From Deferrisomatales bacterium (GTDB taxonomy: Bacteria > Desulfobacterota > Deferrisomatia > Deferrisomatales > JACRMM01): 64,000 nt of DNA. Shown here piece by piece: positions 1 to 10,248 of this stretch. Position 1 is the stretch's first letter, and the number at the start of each line of letters is the position of its first letter. The position numbers were made by a program, and so were the translations under genes. The stretch lies in the NCBI GenBank assembly GCA_033551855.1, contig JAWSUI010000009.1:25334-89333 (forward strand). The letters run 5' to 3'. A model generated the notes under the pieces. The model was not told where the DNA came from. It did not search any database and worked only from the letters and a program-made list of their open reading frames with translations.

Positions 1-1
1 G

Positions 2-565
2 CACGCGGCGGAAGAGCTCTTCGCCGAGCGCGGGTACGACGGCACCTCCACATCGGCAATCGCCGAACGCGCCGGTGTGGCCCACGGCACGGTCTTTCAC
101 CATTTCCGCACCAAGGAGAACCTGCTCCTGGAGCTCGCAGAGACCCTGACCGGGAGCTACGTGGAGGGCCTCGAGCGGCTGTCCCCGGCCGGGGGATCCG
201 GGTGGGAGATTCTCGAGCGGGCGGTCCGGTATCATTTCGCATTCATGCGGGACTACGACCGGGGCATCGTGGTCCTGGTCCAGGAGTCTTCCCGCATCTT
301 CGGAACCGCAGTGGGCGCCGGGCGCTCCGCCGAAGGGCTCCGCCGGGGCATAGCGGCCATCCACGAGATCCGTCGCAGCATCCTGGTGCAGGGGATGGCC
401 GACGGCTCCATCCAGCAAGTGCCCCTGGAGGGAACCGTCTTTCTACTCGGGAGCATTCTGGGAGGGATCGTCAACCTGAAGGCCAGGGGCTGGATGGACG
501 TGCCCCTAGACCTGGAAGAGACCGCCGTGGCGTTCTGCCGCCGCAGTCTGTCCTCGTCAGGGTGA
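2..565 (+). CDS. TetR/AcrR family transcriptional regulator (5' end outside window)
   Basis: Frame open from base 2: [41 protein letters not shown], a TetR HTH; lies upstream of an efflux operon. Confidence 0.92.
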   Translation, partial: HAAEELFAERGYDGTSTSAIAERAGVAHGTVFHHFRTKENLLLELAETLTGSYVEGLERLSPAGGSGWEILERAVRYHFAFMRDYDRGIVVLVQESSRIFGTAVGAGRSAEGLRRGIAAIHEIRRSILVQGMADGSIQQVPLEGTVFLLGSILGGIVNLKARGWMDVPLDLEETAVAFCRRSLSSSG

Positions 566-654
566 GCCGCAGACTTTTTGAATCCACGGCCCCCCCGCCG
601 GGCAGGGGCGGCAGATGCCGGCCTCTCGAGCCCTACGTCGAAAGGAAGCGGACG

Positions 655-2238
655 ATGACCACGGCGGAACACCGCTGGAGATCTCTACTCCCCTGGACGG
701 CCCTTCTCGCAGCCCCCCTCACGGCTGTGCTCGTCGGTGCCGCCGCTGCCGATCCCGGGGCCGAACGCCCCCCTTTGAGGTTGCGGGAGGCCCTCGCCCT
801 GGGCATCCAGCGCAACCTGGACCTGCGCCTCCAGGAGATCGCCATCCCGGTGAGCGAGCAGGAGGTCGTAGCTCGGGAGGCCGAATTCGATCCGGTGATG
901 GAGGCCGGGGCCGACGCGCGCGCAGACAAGGTCCCCAGCGCCGCCGGCGGCGGCCGAGACCCGAATCTGGTGCGCACCACCGGGGCCGACGTGGGTGTGC
1001 GGAAGCGTTTCACCACCGGGCTCGAGTCGCGTCTGGCCGCCGAGACCTTCCGTCGGACCACCGACGACCCCGGCACCGCGTTGGTTCCGGCGTACCGGAC
1101 GTTCCTGGTTCTCGACCTGACCCAGCCCCTGCTCAGGGATCGGGGCCGGGAGGTCAACACGTCGGCCCTCCGGGAGGGCCGCAACGCCGTGCTGCAGGCC
1201 CGCTATCTCCACCTCGACCGGGCGCTTCGCATCGGAGAGGAGATCGAGCTCGCCTACTACGACCTGGCCACGGCCCACCAGCTCCTCGCCTACCGGGTCG
1301 AGGCGCGGGGGCGCGCGGAGGAGCTCCTGGCCGGCAACCGCGAGAAGTTCGAGGCAGGCGTCGTGCCCATCACCGAGGTGCAGCAGGCGGAGACCGCCGT
1401 GGCGGCCCGAGACGAGCAGGTGGTTGTGGCCCGCCAGCTCGCCGACCGCGTTACGACCCGCCTGTGGGACCTACTGGAGATCCGCCGGGGCGACCCCGGC
1501 TACGGGGCTCCCTTCGTAACCGAGCCCCTGCCCCCCGCTCCCGAGGACTACCCGGAGCTGGAGGAGGCTCTGGCGGTGGCGCTCGCGGAGCGCCCCGACC
1601 TGCGGGAGCGGCTGCTGGAGGTGGAGAACCGGGATCTCCGCGTCGCGTTCTCCCGCAATCAGACGCTGCCGCGGCTCGACCTCGTGGCGACCCTGGGTCT
1701 CAACGGGCTTTCCGGAGACGAGCGCGAGGGGTTCTCCTCCGATTACGACGGGCGATACCTCGACTCCTGGTCTCGCCTGCCCGACGGGGACGGGTACCAG
1801 TGGCTCGCGGGCGTGCGCCTCGCCTACCCCTTGGGCAACCGCTCCGCCCAAGCCCGCCTGCGCCAGAGCGCCTGGGAGAAGCGGCAGGCGGTGTACGGGC
1901 TCAAGCGCCTCGAGGGGACCGCTGAGGCGGAGGTGGAACGCGCCCTCGTGGACGTGCGCCGGGGGTTGGAGCGGTATCGGGTGGCAGAGCGGTTCCACCG
2001 TTTGGCGGCCGCGACCTTGAGCCAGGAGATGGAGCGTCTGAAGGAGGGGCTCTCCGATACCTTCCGCGTCCTGACGTTCCAGGACGACCTCACCGAGGCC
2101 CACATCCGCAAGGAGGCCGCCCTCTCCGACTCCCAGAAGGGGTTGGCGAGCCTGTACCGGGCCATGGGCAAGAATTTGGAGCGCCACGGGATCGTAGCCG
2201 AGCTGCAGGAGAAGGAGAGCGAGCGTGAACATCCGTAG
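655..2238 (+). CDS. TolC family outer membrane efflux protein
   Basis: ATG 655 after AAAGGAAG; signal-like N-terminus; OEP-type segments (QPLLRDRG, LPRLDL); first gene of a tripartite pump cluster. Confidence 0.88.
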   Translation: MTTAEHRWRSLLPWTALLAAPLTAVLVGAAAADPGAERPPLRLREALALGIQRNLDLRLQEIAIPVSEQEVVAREAEFDPVMEAGADARADKVPSAAGGGRDPNLVRTTGADVGVRKRFTTGLESRLAAETFRRTTDDPGTALVPAYRTFLVLDLTQPLLRDRGREVNTSALREGRNAVLQARYLHLDRALRIGEEIELAYYDLATAHQLLAYRVEARGRAEELLAGNREKFEAGVVPITEVQQAETAVAARDEQVVVARQLADRVTTRLWDLLEIRRGDPGYGAPFVTEPLPPAPEDYPELEEALAVALAERPDLRERLLEVENRDLRVAFSRNQTLPRLDLVATLGLNGLSGDEREGFSSDYDGRYLDSWSRLPDGDGYQWLAGVRLAYPLGNRSAQARLRQSAWEKRQAVYGLKRLEGTAEAEVERALVDVRRGLERYRVAERFHRLAAATLSQEMERLKEGLSDTFRVLTFQDDLTEAHIRKEAALSDSQKGLASLYRAMGKNLERHGIVAELQEKESEREHP

Positions 2239-3529
2239 AAGACGAGGCACGGCACTGACCCTCCTGGCCGGGCTGGCCGTGGCGGCGTGCGGCCAGGAGG
2301 CCGCCCCGCCGCCAGGGGCAACGCCCGCCGGGCACCGGGCGGTCCCCGTCACCGTGGCGGAGGCCGTGGCCCGTCGCGTCGAGGTACGCCTCGAGCAGGT
2401 GGGTACCCTGGAGGCCAGCCGCTCCGTCACCCTGCGGTCCGAGGCCAGTGGCACGATCGTCGAGGTACCCTTCGCCGAGGGACAGCCGGTCCGGGAGGGG
2501 GCGGTGCTGGTGCGCCTGGACGACCGCAAGCTCCAGGCCGAGACCGCCATGCTCGAGGCCAGCCTCCGGCAGCTCGAGGTGCGGCTAGCCAACCGCCGGC
2601 GGGACCTGGAGCGAAACCCCGCCCTGGTGGAGGCCGAGATCCAGAAGCTCGACGAGCAGGTGCGCCAGCTTCGGGTCCGCCTGGCCAACCGGGAGCGCGA
2701 CCTGGAGCGCAACCGGCCCCTGGTGGAGCGGGACCTCATCGCCCGCCAGGCGTTCGACCGCATCCAGACCGAGGTGGACGAGCTCAGATCCGACATCGCC
2801 CGCACCGAGCTGGAGCTCGCCCGGCAGCGGGATCTGGTGGCGAAGCAGAGCGCCGACAGCATTCGCACCGACATCGGAGAGATCGAGGCCCAGATCGCCC
2901 GGACCGAGGCGAGCCTGGTCCAGCAGCGGGTGCGCCTGGCCGACGCCACCATCCGGGCCCCTTTCTCCGGCGTGGCCGACGTGCGCAACGTGAACGTGGG
3001 AGACTTCCTCGCGGTGGGTGGCCCCGTGGTCACGGTGGTGGACTTGGACCCCCTGGAGATCACGTTCCGGGTTCCCGAGAGGCACCGGCCCAGGATCTCG
3101 ACCGGCCTGCCCGTGGCGCTGCGGGTCGATGCGGCCCCGGGAGAGGTCTTCACCGGAACGGTCTCCTTCCTTTCGCCCCAGGTGGACCCGGAGACCCGCT
3201 CCTCCCTGGTGAAGGCGGCGGTGCGCAACCCCGAACACCGCCTCAGCCCCGGTATGTTCGCCCGGGTAGAGGTCCTGCTGGAGGTCCGCGAAGACGCCCT
3301 GACCGTGCCCTGGGAGAGCGTCATCCAGACCGAGTCGGCGACCTACCTCTACGCGGTGGAGGGAGACGCGGCCCGGCACGTACCCATCGAGCTCGGAGAG
3401 ACCACCAGCGAGTGGGCCGAGGTGCGGGGCACGGACCTGCAGCCGGGGTCCCTCGTCGTGCTGGAGGGGAAGTTCTCCCTCCGCGACGGCGCCCAGGTGG
3501 CCCTCCCAGGGCCGCCCCGGGAGCCGTAG
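2225..3529 (+). CDS. RND efflux periplasmic adaptor (MFP), lipoprotein, extended hairpin
   Basis: Lipobox AVAAC; lipoyl-like GQPVREGAVLVRLD; IRAPFSG; LSPGMFARV. Confidence 0.92.
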   Translation: MNIRRRRGTALTLLAGLAVAACGQEAAPPPGATPAGHRAVPVTVAEAVARRVEVRLEQVGTLEASRSVTLRSEASGTIVEVPFAEGQPVREGAVLVRLDDRKLQAETAMLEASLRQLEVRLANRRRDLERNPALVEAEIQKLDEQVRQLRVRLANRERDLERNRPLVERDLIARQAFDRIQTEVDELRSDIARTELELARQRDLVAKQSADSIRTDIGEIEAQIARTEASLVQQRVRLADATIRAPFSGVADVRNVNVGDFLAVGGPVVTVVDLDPLEITFRVPERHRPRISTGLPVALRVDAAPGEVFTGTVSFLSPQVDPETRSSLVKAAVRNPEHRLSPGMFARVEVLLEVREDALTVPWESVIQTESATYLYAVEGDAARHVPIELGETTSEWAEVRGTDLQPGSLVVLEGKFSLRDGAQVALPGPPREP

Positions 3530-3574
3530 GCGCACCGACCCCCCAGCCCCTGACCCCCCGGACCCGGAGCCCCC

Positions 3575-6500
3575 ATGTTCCTTCCCCACTTCTCCATTCG
3601 CCGCCCCGTAACCGCCACGGTCATGGTGGGAGCCCTGGTCGTGTTCGGCGCCATCGGGTTTTCACGCCTGGGCATCTCTCTTTACCCCGACGTGGACTTT
3701 CCCATGGTCACCGTGACGACCACCTGGGAGAACGCCCGGCCCGAGGAGGTGGACGGCGAGGTCACCGACCAGCTCGAGGACGCCATCAGCGCTGTGAGCG
3801 GCATCAAGCACATCGTCTCCCAGAGCTTCCTGGGCCGTTCCCAGATCACCGTGGAGTTCGAGCTCTCGAAGGACATCGACGTCGCGGCACAGGAGGTGCG
3901 CGACAAGGTGTCGGCCCGTTTGGGCCGCATTCCCCGCGAGGCCGACGCCCCGGTCATCGACAAGCTCGACATCAACGCCCAGCCCATCATGTGGCTGGCC
4001 CTCACGGGCCAGCAGGCCATCGAGGAGCTGACCCGGTTCGCCGGCGACCAGGTGCGCCCCATGCTCCAGAGGATCGACGGCGTCGGCGAGGTGCGCCTCG
4101 GGGGCGCCCGGGAGAAGGAGGTGCGCCTGTGGCTCTACCGGGAGCGCCTGGCAGCGTACAACGTGGGGGTGGAGGAGGTCATCGCGGCCCTTCGTGCCCA
4201 GCACGTGGAGGTGCCCGGCGGCACCATCGACTCCCCGGAGAAGGAGTTCGTGATCCGCACCGTGGGCCAGTTCGAGGGGCCCGAGGAGTTCAACGAGCTG
4301 ATCGTAACCTACCGGCAGGGCACCCCCGTGCGCCTGCGTCACCTGGGCTACGCCGAGGCCGGTCGGCAGGAGAGCATGAGCCCCGCTCGCTTCACCACCC
4401 GGGAGGGCCCGGACAAGACCGTGGCCCTGGGCGTCTCGCCCCGCTCCGGCGCCAACCAGGTCGCGATCGCTCGGGAGGTCAAGCGGGTGCTGCCCCAGAT
4501 CGAGGCCATGCTCCTCGAGGGCATGGCGGTGCGCATCGCCTCGGACAACACCCGGTTCATCGAGGAGTCCATCGCCGAGATCCGGTTCCAGCTCCTGCTG
4601 GGAGGCCTCGCCGCGGCGCTGACCATCCTGTTCTTCCTCCAGAACCTGCGCACCACGCTCATCAGCGCCGTGGCGATCCCCACCTCGATCGTGGCCACTT
4701 TCGCCACCATGTACTGGATGGGATTCACCCTCAACAACATGAGCATGCTGGCGCTCGTGACCGCGGTGGGCCTGGTCATCGATGACGCCATCGTCATGGT
4801 GGAGAACATCTTCCGCCACCGGGACACCCTCGGGAAAGGCCCCATGCGCGCGGCCTACGACGGGTCGGCCGAGGTCTTCTTCGCCATCATCGCGACCACC
4901 GGGGCACTGGCCGGGGTGTTCCTGCCCGTGGCCTTCATGGGGGGCATCGTGGGACGCTTCTTCTTCGAGTTTGCCGTCACCATGGCCTTCGCCGTGCTCT
5001 GCTCCACGTTCGTGGCCATGACCGCCGTGCCCATGCTCTCCTCGCGGTTCCTGCGGCTCGACAGCGGGAAGGGGCGCGTCTTCCACGTCTTCGACCGCGC
5101 CGTGGACGCCCTCTCCCGCAGGTACCGGGTTCTCCTGGGATGGGCCCTGCGCCACCGCCTGTCCGTGGTGGCGGTGGCGCTGGCGGCCCTCGTGGCCGGG
5201 GGCGTCGTCTTCCAGCGCCTGGGCAAAGAGTTCATCACGGCCGAGGACCAGAGCCGGTTCATGGTGCGCATGAAGACCCCCCTCTCGTACTCCCTCGAGA
5301 AGACCGATCTCGTGCTCCAGCGCGTGGAAGACGAGCTACGGGCTATCCCCGAGGTGAACCACTTCTTCAGCGTGAGCGGCTGGGGGGGGGCCCAGAACGC
5401 CCTCACCGTGGTCACCCTCGTTCCCAAGGACCAGCGCCGACGGACCCAGAAACAGATCCAGGCCGAGATCAACGCCATGCTTCGCCAGGTGCCCGACACC
5501 CGGGGCATCGCGGTGGACATCTCCCCCCTGGGAGGTGGCGCACGCAACGAGGACATCCAACTCGTCGTCCAGGGGCCCGACCTGGAAGCCCTGGACCGGT
5601 ACTCCCAGGCCATCATGGACCGCCTGGGGCAGACGCCCGGTTACGTGGGGATCTCGCGGGACCTGGACATCGGCAAGCCGGAGGTGCGGCTCCGCATCGA
5701 CCGGGAAAGGGCGGCCGACGCGGGGGTGAGCGTGCGAGACGTCGCGGCGGCGGTAGGGGCCCTGATGGGAGGCGTCAAGGTGGGGGACTACAAGGAGGGC
5801 GGAAAGAGCTATGACGTGCGCCTGCGCCTCGTGAAGGAGCACCGGGAGCTCCCCGAGGACGTGGGGCGCCTGTGGCTGCGGGGCAGCGAGGGCAGGCTCG
5901 TGGACGCCAGCGGATTCGTCTCGACCGAGGTCGGCGTGGGGCCGAGCGTCATCAATCGGACCGACCGCCAGCGTGCCGCCACGGTCTACGCCAACATCCA
6001 GAACAAGGTGCTGGGGGCCGCCCTGCCCGAGGTCCAGGAGATCGCCGACCAGATCCTCCCCGAGGAGTACACGACCCGTTTTGCCGGCCGGGCCGAGGCC
6101 TTCAAAGAAACCGGGGGGTATGTGGCCTTCGCGTTCCTTCTGGCCATCGCGATCACCTACATGGTCCTGGCGGCCCAATTCGAGAGCTTCGTCCAGCCCT
6201 TGTCCATCATGACCGGGCTGCCCCTGGCCTTCGTGGGCGCCTTCGGCCTCCTCTACCTCCTGGGCAACACGTTCAATCTCTTCTCGATGATCGCCCTCAT
6301 CCTCCTGGTGGGCCTCGTGACCAAGAACGGCATCCTGCTCATCGAATTCACGAACCAGCTTCGGGCACGGGGGCTTCCGGTGTACGAGGCCCTGGTGGAA
6401 GCGGGCGCGACGCGGCTGCGCCCCATCCTCATGACCGCGGTGTCCACCGTGGCGGGGGTGGCCCCCGTGGCCCTGGGCCTGGGGGTGGGGAGCGAGAGCC

Positions 6501-6715
6501 GCCAGCCCCTGGCCGTGGCCATCGCGGGGGGCATCCTCTCCTCGACCTTCCTGACCCTGGCGGTGGTTCCCGTGGCGTACAGCTACCTGGATCAGCTCTC
6601 CCAATGGCGCCTGGTGGCACGGGTCAAGGACCGCCTGCTCGCCCGGGACCACCCGGTGGGCGCCGACGAGGATCCCTCCAGCCTCACCCCCTTGAACCGA
6701 GAGGCCTCCCCATGA
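3575..6715 (+). CDS. RND transporter permease (AcrB/MdtB-like), copy 1
   Basis: 1046 aa; IRRPV, GLVIDDAIVMVENI, KNGILLIEF, RLRPILMT. Confidence 0.95.
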   Translation: MFLPHFSIRRPVTATVMVGALVVFGAIGFSRLGISLYPDVDFPMVTVTTTWENARPEEVDGEVTDQLEDAISAVSGIKHIVSQSFLGRSQITVEFELSKDIDVAAQEVRDKVSARLGRIPREADAPVIDKLDINAQPIMWLALTGQQAIEELTRFAGDQVRPMLQRIDGVGEVRLGGAREKEVRLWLYRERLAAYNVGVEEVIAALRAQHVEVPGGTIDSPEKEFVIRTVGQFEGPEEFNELIVTYRQGTPVRLRHLGYAEAGRQESMSPARFTTREGPDKTVALGVSPRSGANQVAIAREVKRVLPQIEAMLLEGMAVRIASDNTRFIEESIAEIRFQLLLGGLAAALTILFFLQNLRTTLISAVAIPTSIVATFATMYWMGFTLNNMSMLALVTAVGLVIDDAIVMVENIFRHRDTLGKGPMRAAYDGSAEVFFAIIATTGALAGVFLPVAFMGGIVGRFFFEFAVTMAFAVLCSTFVAMTAVPMLSSRFLRLDSGKGRVFHVFDRAVDALSRRYRVLLGWALRHRLSVVAVALAALVAGGVVFQRLGKEFITAEDQSRFMVRMKTPLSYSLEKTDLVLQRVEDELRAIPEVNHFFSVSGWGGAQNALTVVTLVPKDQRRRTQKQIQAEINAMLRQVPDTRGIAVDISPLGGGARNEDIQLVVQGPDLEALDRYSQAIMDRLGQTPGYVGISRDLDIGKPEVRLRIDRERAADAGVSVRDVAAAVGALMGGVKVGDYKEGGKSYDVRLRLVKEHRELPEDVGRLWLRGSEGRLVDASGFVSTEVGVGPSVINRTDRQRAATVYANIQNKVLGAALPEVQEIADQILPEEYTTRFAGRAEAFKETGGYVAFAFLLAIAITYMVLAAQFESFVQPLSIMTGLPLAFVGAFGLLYLLGNTFNLFSMIALILLVGLVTKNGILLIEFTNQLRARGLPVYEALVEAGATRLRPILMTAVSTVAGVAPVALGLGVGSESRQPLAVAIAGGILSSTFLTLAVVPVAYSYLDQLSQWRLVARVKDRLLARDHPVGADEDPSSLTPLNREASP

Positions 6716-7008
6716 AGATGCTCATCATCGTCTACAACACGAGCTGCGAAGAGGACATCCGCGAGGTGCTGCGAAACCGGGGAATCCGCCACTACAGCCA
6801 GATTCCAAAGGTCTTCGGGCAGGGGGACGCGGGGCTTGTGGACGGCTCCCTCCTGTGCCCCGGCCAGAACGCCATGGTCTTCCTCGTGCTCTCGGACGAC
6901 GAGGCCCGGGCGGCGGCCGAGGCCGTGCGCCAGCTCGTGCTCAGCACGGGGGGCTGCGGGTGCGTGCCCATCCGGGCCTTCCTGGTGCCGTGCGAGCAGG
7001 TGGTCTAG
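6712..7008 (+). CDS. P-II/GlnB-like fold transporter-associated protein (PG0541-like)
   Basis: ATGA overlap with RND stop; MKMLIIVYN...HYSQIPKVFGQGDAG...PGQNAMVF...IRAFLVPCEQVV. Confidence 0.75.
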   Translation: MKMLIIVYNTSCEEDIREVLRNRGIRHYSQIPKVFGQGDAGLVDGSLLCPGQNAMVFLVLSDDEARAAAEAVRQLVLSTGGCGCVPIRAFLVPCEQVV

Positions 7009-7026
7009 CGGAGGTCCGGAGCCCCC

Positions 7027-10000
7027 GTGTTCCTTCCCCACTTCTCCATCCGCCGCCCGGTGGCGGCCACCGTGCTGGTGGGAGCCCTGGTGGTCTTCGG
7101 CATCCTCGGTGTCTCACGGCTGGGGGTGTCCCTCTACCCCGACGTGGACTTTCCCAACGTCACCGTCTCCACCCGCTGGGAGAACGCCCGCCCCGAGGAG
7201 ATCGACAACCAGGTCACCGACCAGCTCGAAGACGCCATCAGCGCCATCAGCGGCATCAAGCACATCACCTCCCAGAGCTCCCAGGGCCGCTCCCGGATCA
7301 CCGTTGAGTTCGAGCTCACCAAGGACCTGGACGTGGCCGCCCAAGAGGTGCGCGACAAGGTCTCGGCCCGGCTGCGGCGGCTGCCCTCCGACGCTGAAGT
7401 GCCGGTCATCGACAAGCTCGACATCAACGCCCAACCCATCCTCCGCCTCGCCCTGACGGGCCAGCACGCCATCGAGGACCTGACCCGGTTCGCCCAGGAC
7501 GAGGTGCGCCCCCTGCTGCAACGCATCGAGGGGGTGGGGGAGGTGAGCCTGGGCGGCGCCCGCCAAAAGGAAGTGCACCTGTGGCTCTACCGGGAGCGTC
7601 TCACCGCATACAACGTGGGGGTAGACGAAGTGATGGCGGCGGTCCGGGGCCAGCACGCGGAGGTGCCCGGCGGCCGGATCGAGTCGTTGGACAAGGAGTT
7701 CCTCATCCGCACGGTGGGGGAGTTCGCGACCCCCGAGGAGTTCAACGAGCTCATCGTGGCCTGGAGGGACGGCACCCCCGTGCGCCTCCGCCACGTGGGC
7801 TACGCCGAGGCGGGCCGGCAGGAGAGCCTCTCGGTGGCCCGCTTCACCACCAAGGAAGCGGTGAGCCGCACCGTATCCGTCAACGTGGCCCCCCGCTCCG
7901 GTGCCAACCAGGTGGCCATCGCCCGGGCGGTCAAGGACATGCTCCCGGAGATCCGGGCCATGCTGCTGGAGGGCATGACGCTGCACATCGCCACCGACAC
8001 CACCGAGTTCATCGAGCAATCCATCGACGAGCTCCGGTTCCAACTCTTCCTGGGGGGCCTGGCAGCGGCGCTCACGATCCTGATCTTCCTCCAGAACGCC
8101 CGCACCACCCTGATTAGCGCGCTCTCCATCCCCACCTCGGTCATCGCCGCCTTTGCCGCCATGTACGGGATGGGGTTCACCCTCAACAACATGACCATGC
8201 TCGCCCTCATCACCGCCGTGGGGCTCGTGATCGACGACTCCATCGTGACGGTGGAGAACATCTACCGCCACCGGGACGCCCTGGACAAGGGACCCCGGCG
8301 AGCCGCGTTCGACGGCTCCGGGGAGGTGTACTTCGCGATCCTCGCCACCACCGCGGCGCTGGCGGGGGTGTTCCTCCCGGTCGCCTTCATGGGGGGGCTC
8401 GTGGGGCGCTTCTTCTTCGAGTTCGCGGTGACCATGGCCTTTGCCGTGGTCTGCTCCACCTTCGTGGCCATGACCGTCGTGCCCATGCTCGCCTCCCGGG
8501 TGCTCACGGTGAACCGGGACAAGGGGCGGGTGTTCCGGGCCTTCGACCAGGCCGTGGCCGGCCTCTCGGCCCTGTACCGGCGCCTCCTCGGCTGGGCACT
8601 GCGCCACCGCCTCGCCGTGGTGGGGCTCGCCGCCCTGGCCCTCGCCGCGGGGGGCTTTCTCTTCCAGAACCTGGGCAAGGAGTTCATCACTGCGGAGGAC
8701 CAGAGCCGATTCACCGTGCGCATCCGCACCCCACTCGCCTACTCCCTGGACAAGACCGACGAGCTCCTGCGCCGGGTGGAGGGGCACCTGCGGGCCATCC
8801 CCGAAGTGAGCCACTTCTTCAGCATCAGCGGTATCGGGGGCTCGGCCCAGAACGCCATCGCCATCGTCACGCTGGTGCCCAAGGACCAGCGGTCCCGGTC
8901 CCAGCGGGAGGTCCAGCGAGAGATCAACGGGTTCCTCCGGACCATCCCGGATCTCCGGGGGGTCGCGGCCGACATCTCCCCCATGGGGGGCGGCGCCCGG
9001 AACGAGGACATCCAGCTCGTCATCCGGGGGCCGCGGCTGGAGGCCCTCGACCGTTACTCCCAGGAGATCATGGAGCGCCTGGAGCGCACGCCCGGTTTCG
9101 TCGGCCTCACCCGGGACCTGGACGTGGGCAAGCCCGAGGTGCGGGTGCGCATCGACCGGGAGAAGGCGGCCGACGCCGGGGTGAGCGTGCGCGACGTGGC
9201 CTCCGCGGTGGGGGCCTTGATGGGGGGCGTCCAGGTGGGCGAGTACAAAGAGGGGGGCCGCACCTACGAGGTGCGCCTTCGCTTGGTACCCGAGCACCGG
9301 GAGCTGCCGGGAGACGTGGAGCGAATCTGGTTGCGCTCCCGAGACGGGCGCCTGGTGGACGCCAGCGGTTTCGTCTCGGTGGACGTGGGGGTGGGTCCGA
9401 GCGTGATCAACCGCCTGGACCGCCAGCGCTCGGCCACGGTGTACGCCAACCTGGAGGGGCTCGTCCTGGGAGACGCCCTGCCCCGGGTGCGGGCCTTGGC
9501 GGAGGAGGTGCTCTCCGACGGCTACACCGTCAAGTTCGCCGGACGCGCCGAGACCTTTGGGGAGACGGGTCAGTACGTTGCGTTCGCCTTCCTCCTCGCC
9601 ATCGTCCTCACCTACATGGTGCTGGCCTTCCAGTTCGAGAGCTTCCTCCAACCCTTGGCGATCATGACCGGCCTGCCGCTCACCTTCGTGGGCGCCTTCG
9701 GCCTGCTCTACCTCATGGGGAACACCCTCAACCTCTTCTCCATGATCGCACTCATCCTGCTCGTGGGGTTGGCCACCAAGAACGGCATCCTGCTCATCGA
9801 CTTCACCAACCAGCTCCGGGCCAAGGGCCTGTCGGTCCACGAGGCCCTGGTGGAGGCCGGCGCAACGCGGCTCCGCCCCATCCTCATGACCGCGATCTCC
9901 ACGGTCGCCGGTGTCGTTCCCGTGGCCGTCGGCATAGGGGTGGGGAGCGAGAGCCGCCAACCCCTGGCAGTGGCCATCGCCGGGGGGATCCTGTCGTCGA

Positions 10001-10122
10001 CCTTCCTGACCCTCGCGGTGGTACCCGTGGCGTACAGCTACCTGGAGCAGCTCGGGGGCTGGAGAGTGGTGGGCTGGGCAAAGGGGAAGATCTTCGCGCG
10101 GGACGCGACGGGGGAAGAGTGA
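7027..10122 (+). CDS. RND transporter permease, copy 2 (tandem paralog)
   Basis: 1031 aa, colinear with 3575-6715; GTG start in the same leader context. Confidence 0.95.
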   Translation: MFLPHFSIRRPVAATVLVGALVVFGILGVSRLGVSLYPDVDFPNVTVSTRWENARPEEIDNQVTDQLEDAISAISGIKHITSQSSQGRSRITVEFELTKDLDVAAQEVRDKVSARLRRLPSDAEVPVIDKLDINAQPILRLALTGQHAIEDLTRFAQDEVRPLLQRIEGVGEVSLGGARQKEVHLWLYRERLTAYNVGVDEVMAAVRGQHAEVPGGRIESLDKEFLIRTVGEFATPEEFNELIVAWRDGTPVRLRHVGYAEAGRQESLSVARFTTKEAVSRTVSVNVAPRSGANQVAIARAVKDMLPEIRAMLLEGMTLHIATDTTEFIEQSIDELRFQLFLGGLAAALTILIFLQNARTTLISALSIPTSVIAAFAAMYGMGFTLNNMTMLALITAVGLVIDDSIVTVENIYRHRDALDKGPRRAAFDGSGEVYFAILATTAALAGVFLPVAFMGGLVGRFFFEFAVTMAFAVVCSTFVAMTVVPMLASRVLTVNRDKGRVFRAFDQAVAGLSALYRRLLGWALRHRLAVVGLAALALAAGGFLFQNLGKEFITAEDQSRFTVRIRTPLAYSLDKTDELLRRVEGHLRAIPEVSHFFSISGIGGSAQNAIAIVTLVPKDQRSRSQREVQREINGFLRTIPDLRGVAADISPMGGGARNEDIQLVIRGPRLEALDRYSQEIMERLERTPGFVGLTRDLDVGKPEVRVRIDREKAADAGVSVRDVASAVGALMGGVQVGEYKEGGRTYEVRLRLVPEHRELPGDVERIWLRSRDGRLVDASGFVSVDVGVGPSVINRLDRQRSATVYANLEGLVLGDALPRVRALAEEVLSDGYTVKFAGRAETFGETGQYVAFAFLLAIVLTYMVLAFQFESFLQPLAIMTGLPLTFVGAFGLLYLMGNTLNLFSMIALILLVGLATKNGILLIDFTNQLRAKGLSVHEALVEAGATRLRPILMTAISTVAGVVPVAVGIGVGSESRQPLAVAIAGGILSSTFLTLAVVPVAYSYLEQLGGWRVVGWAKGKIFARDATGEE

Positions 10123-10154
10123 GGAGGTGAAGGATCTGAGGCGGCTTGGATCGT

Positions 10155-10248
10155 AATAGGACCCATGGGACGAATAGGACCTGTGAAAACCGGGGGCCCT
10201 TACCACCCATGGGTCCCATAAGTCCCATTCGTCCTGTAGGTCCTATAC
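10155..10248. repeat. Imperfect inverted repeat built from ~9-nt units (ATAGGACCY / GTCCYAT)
   Basis: Left arm aataggacccatgggacgaataggacc; reverse complement of right arm tataggacctacaggacgaatgggact; lies between convergent genes. Confidence 0.6.

Noticed and set aside
7114..10206. Long antisense ORFs (also 12620-15253, 40139-43177, 15836-17911)
   Set aside because: Shadow frames of real genes in high-GC DNA; no recognisable motifs
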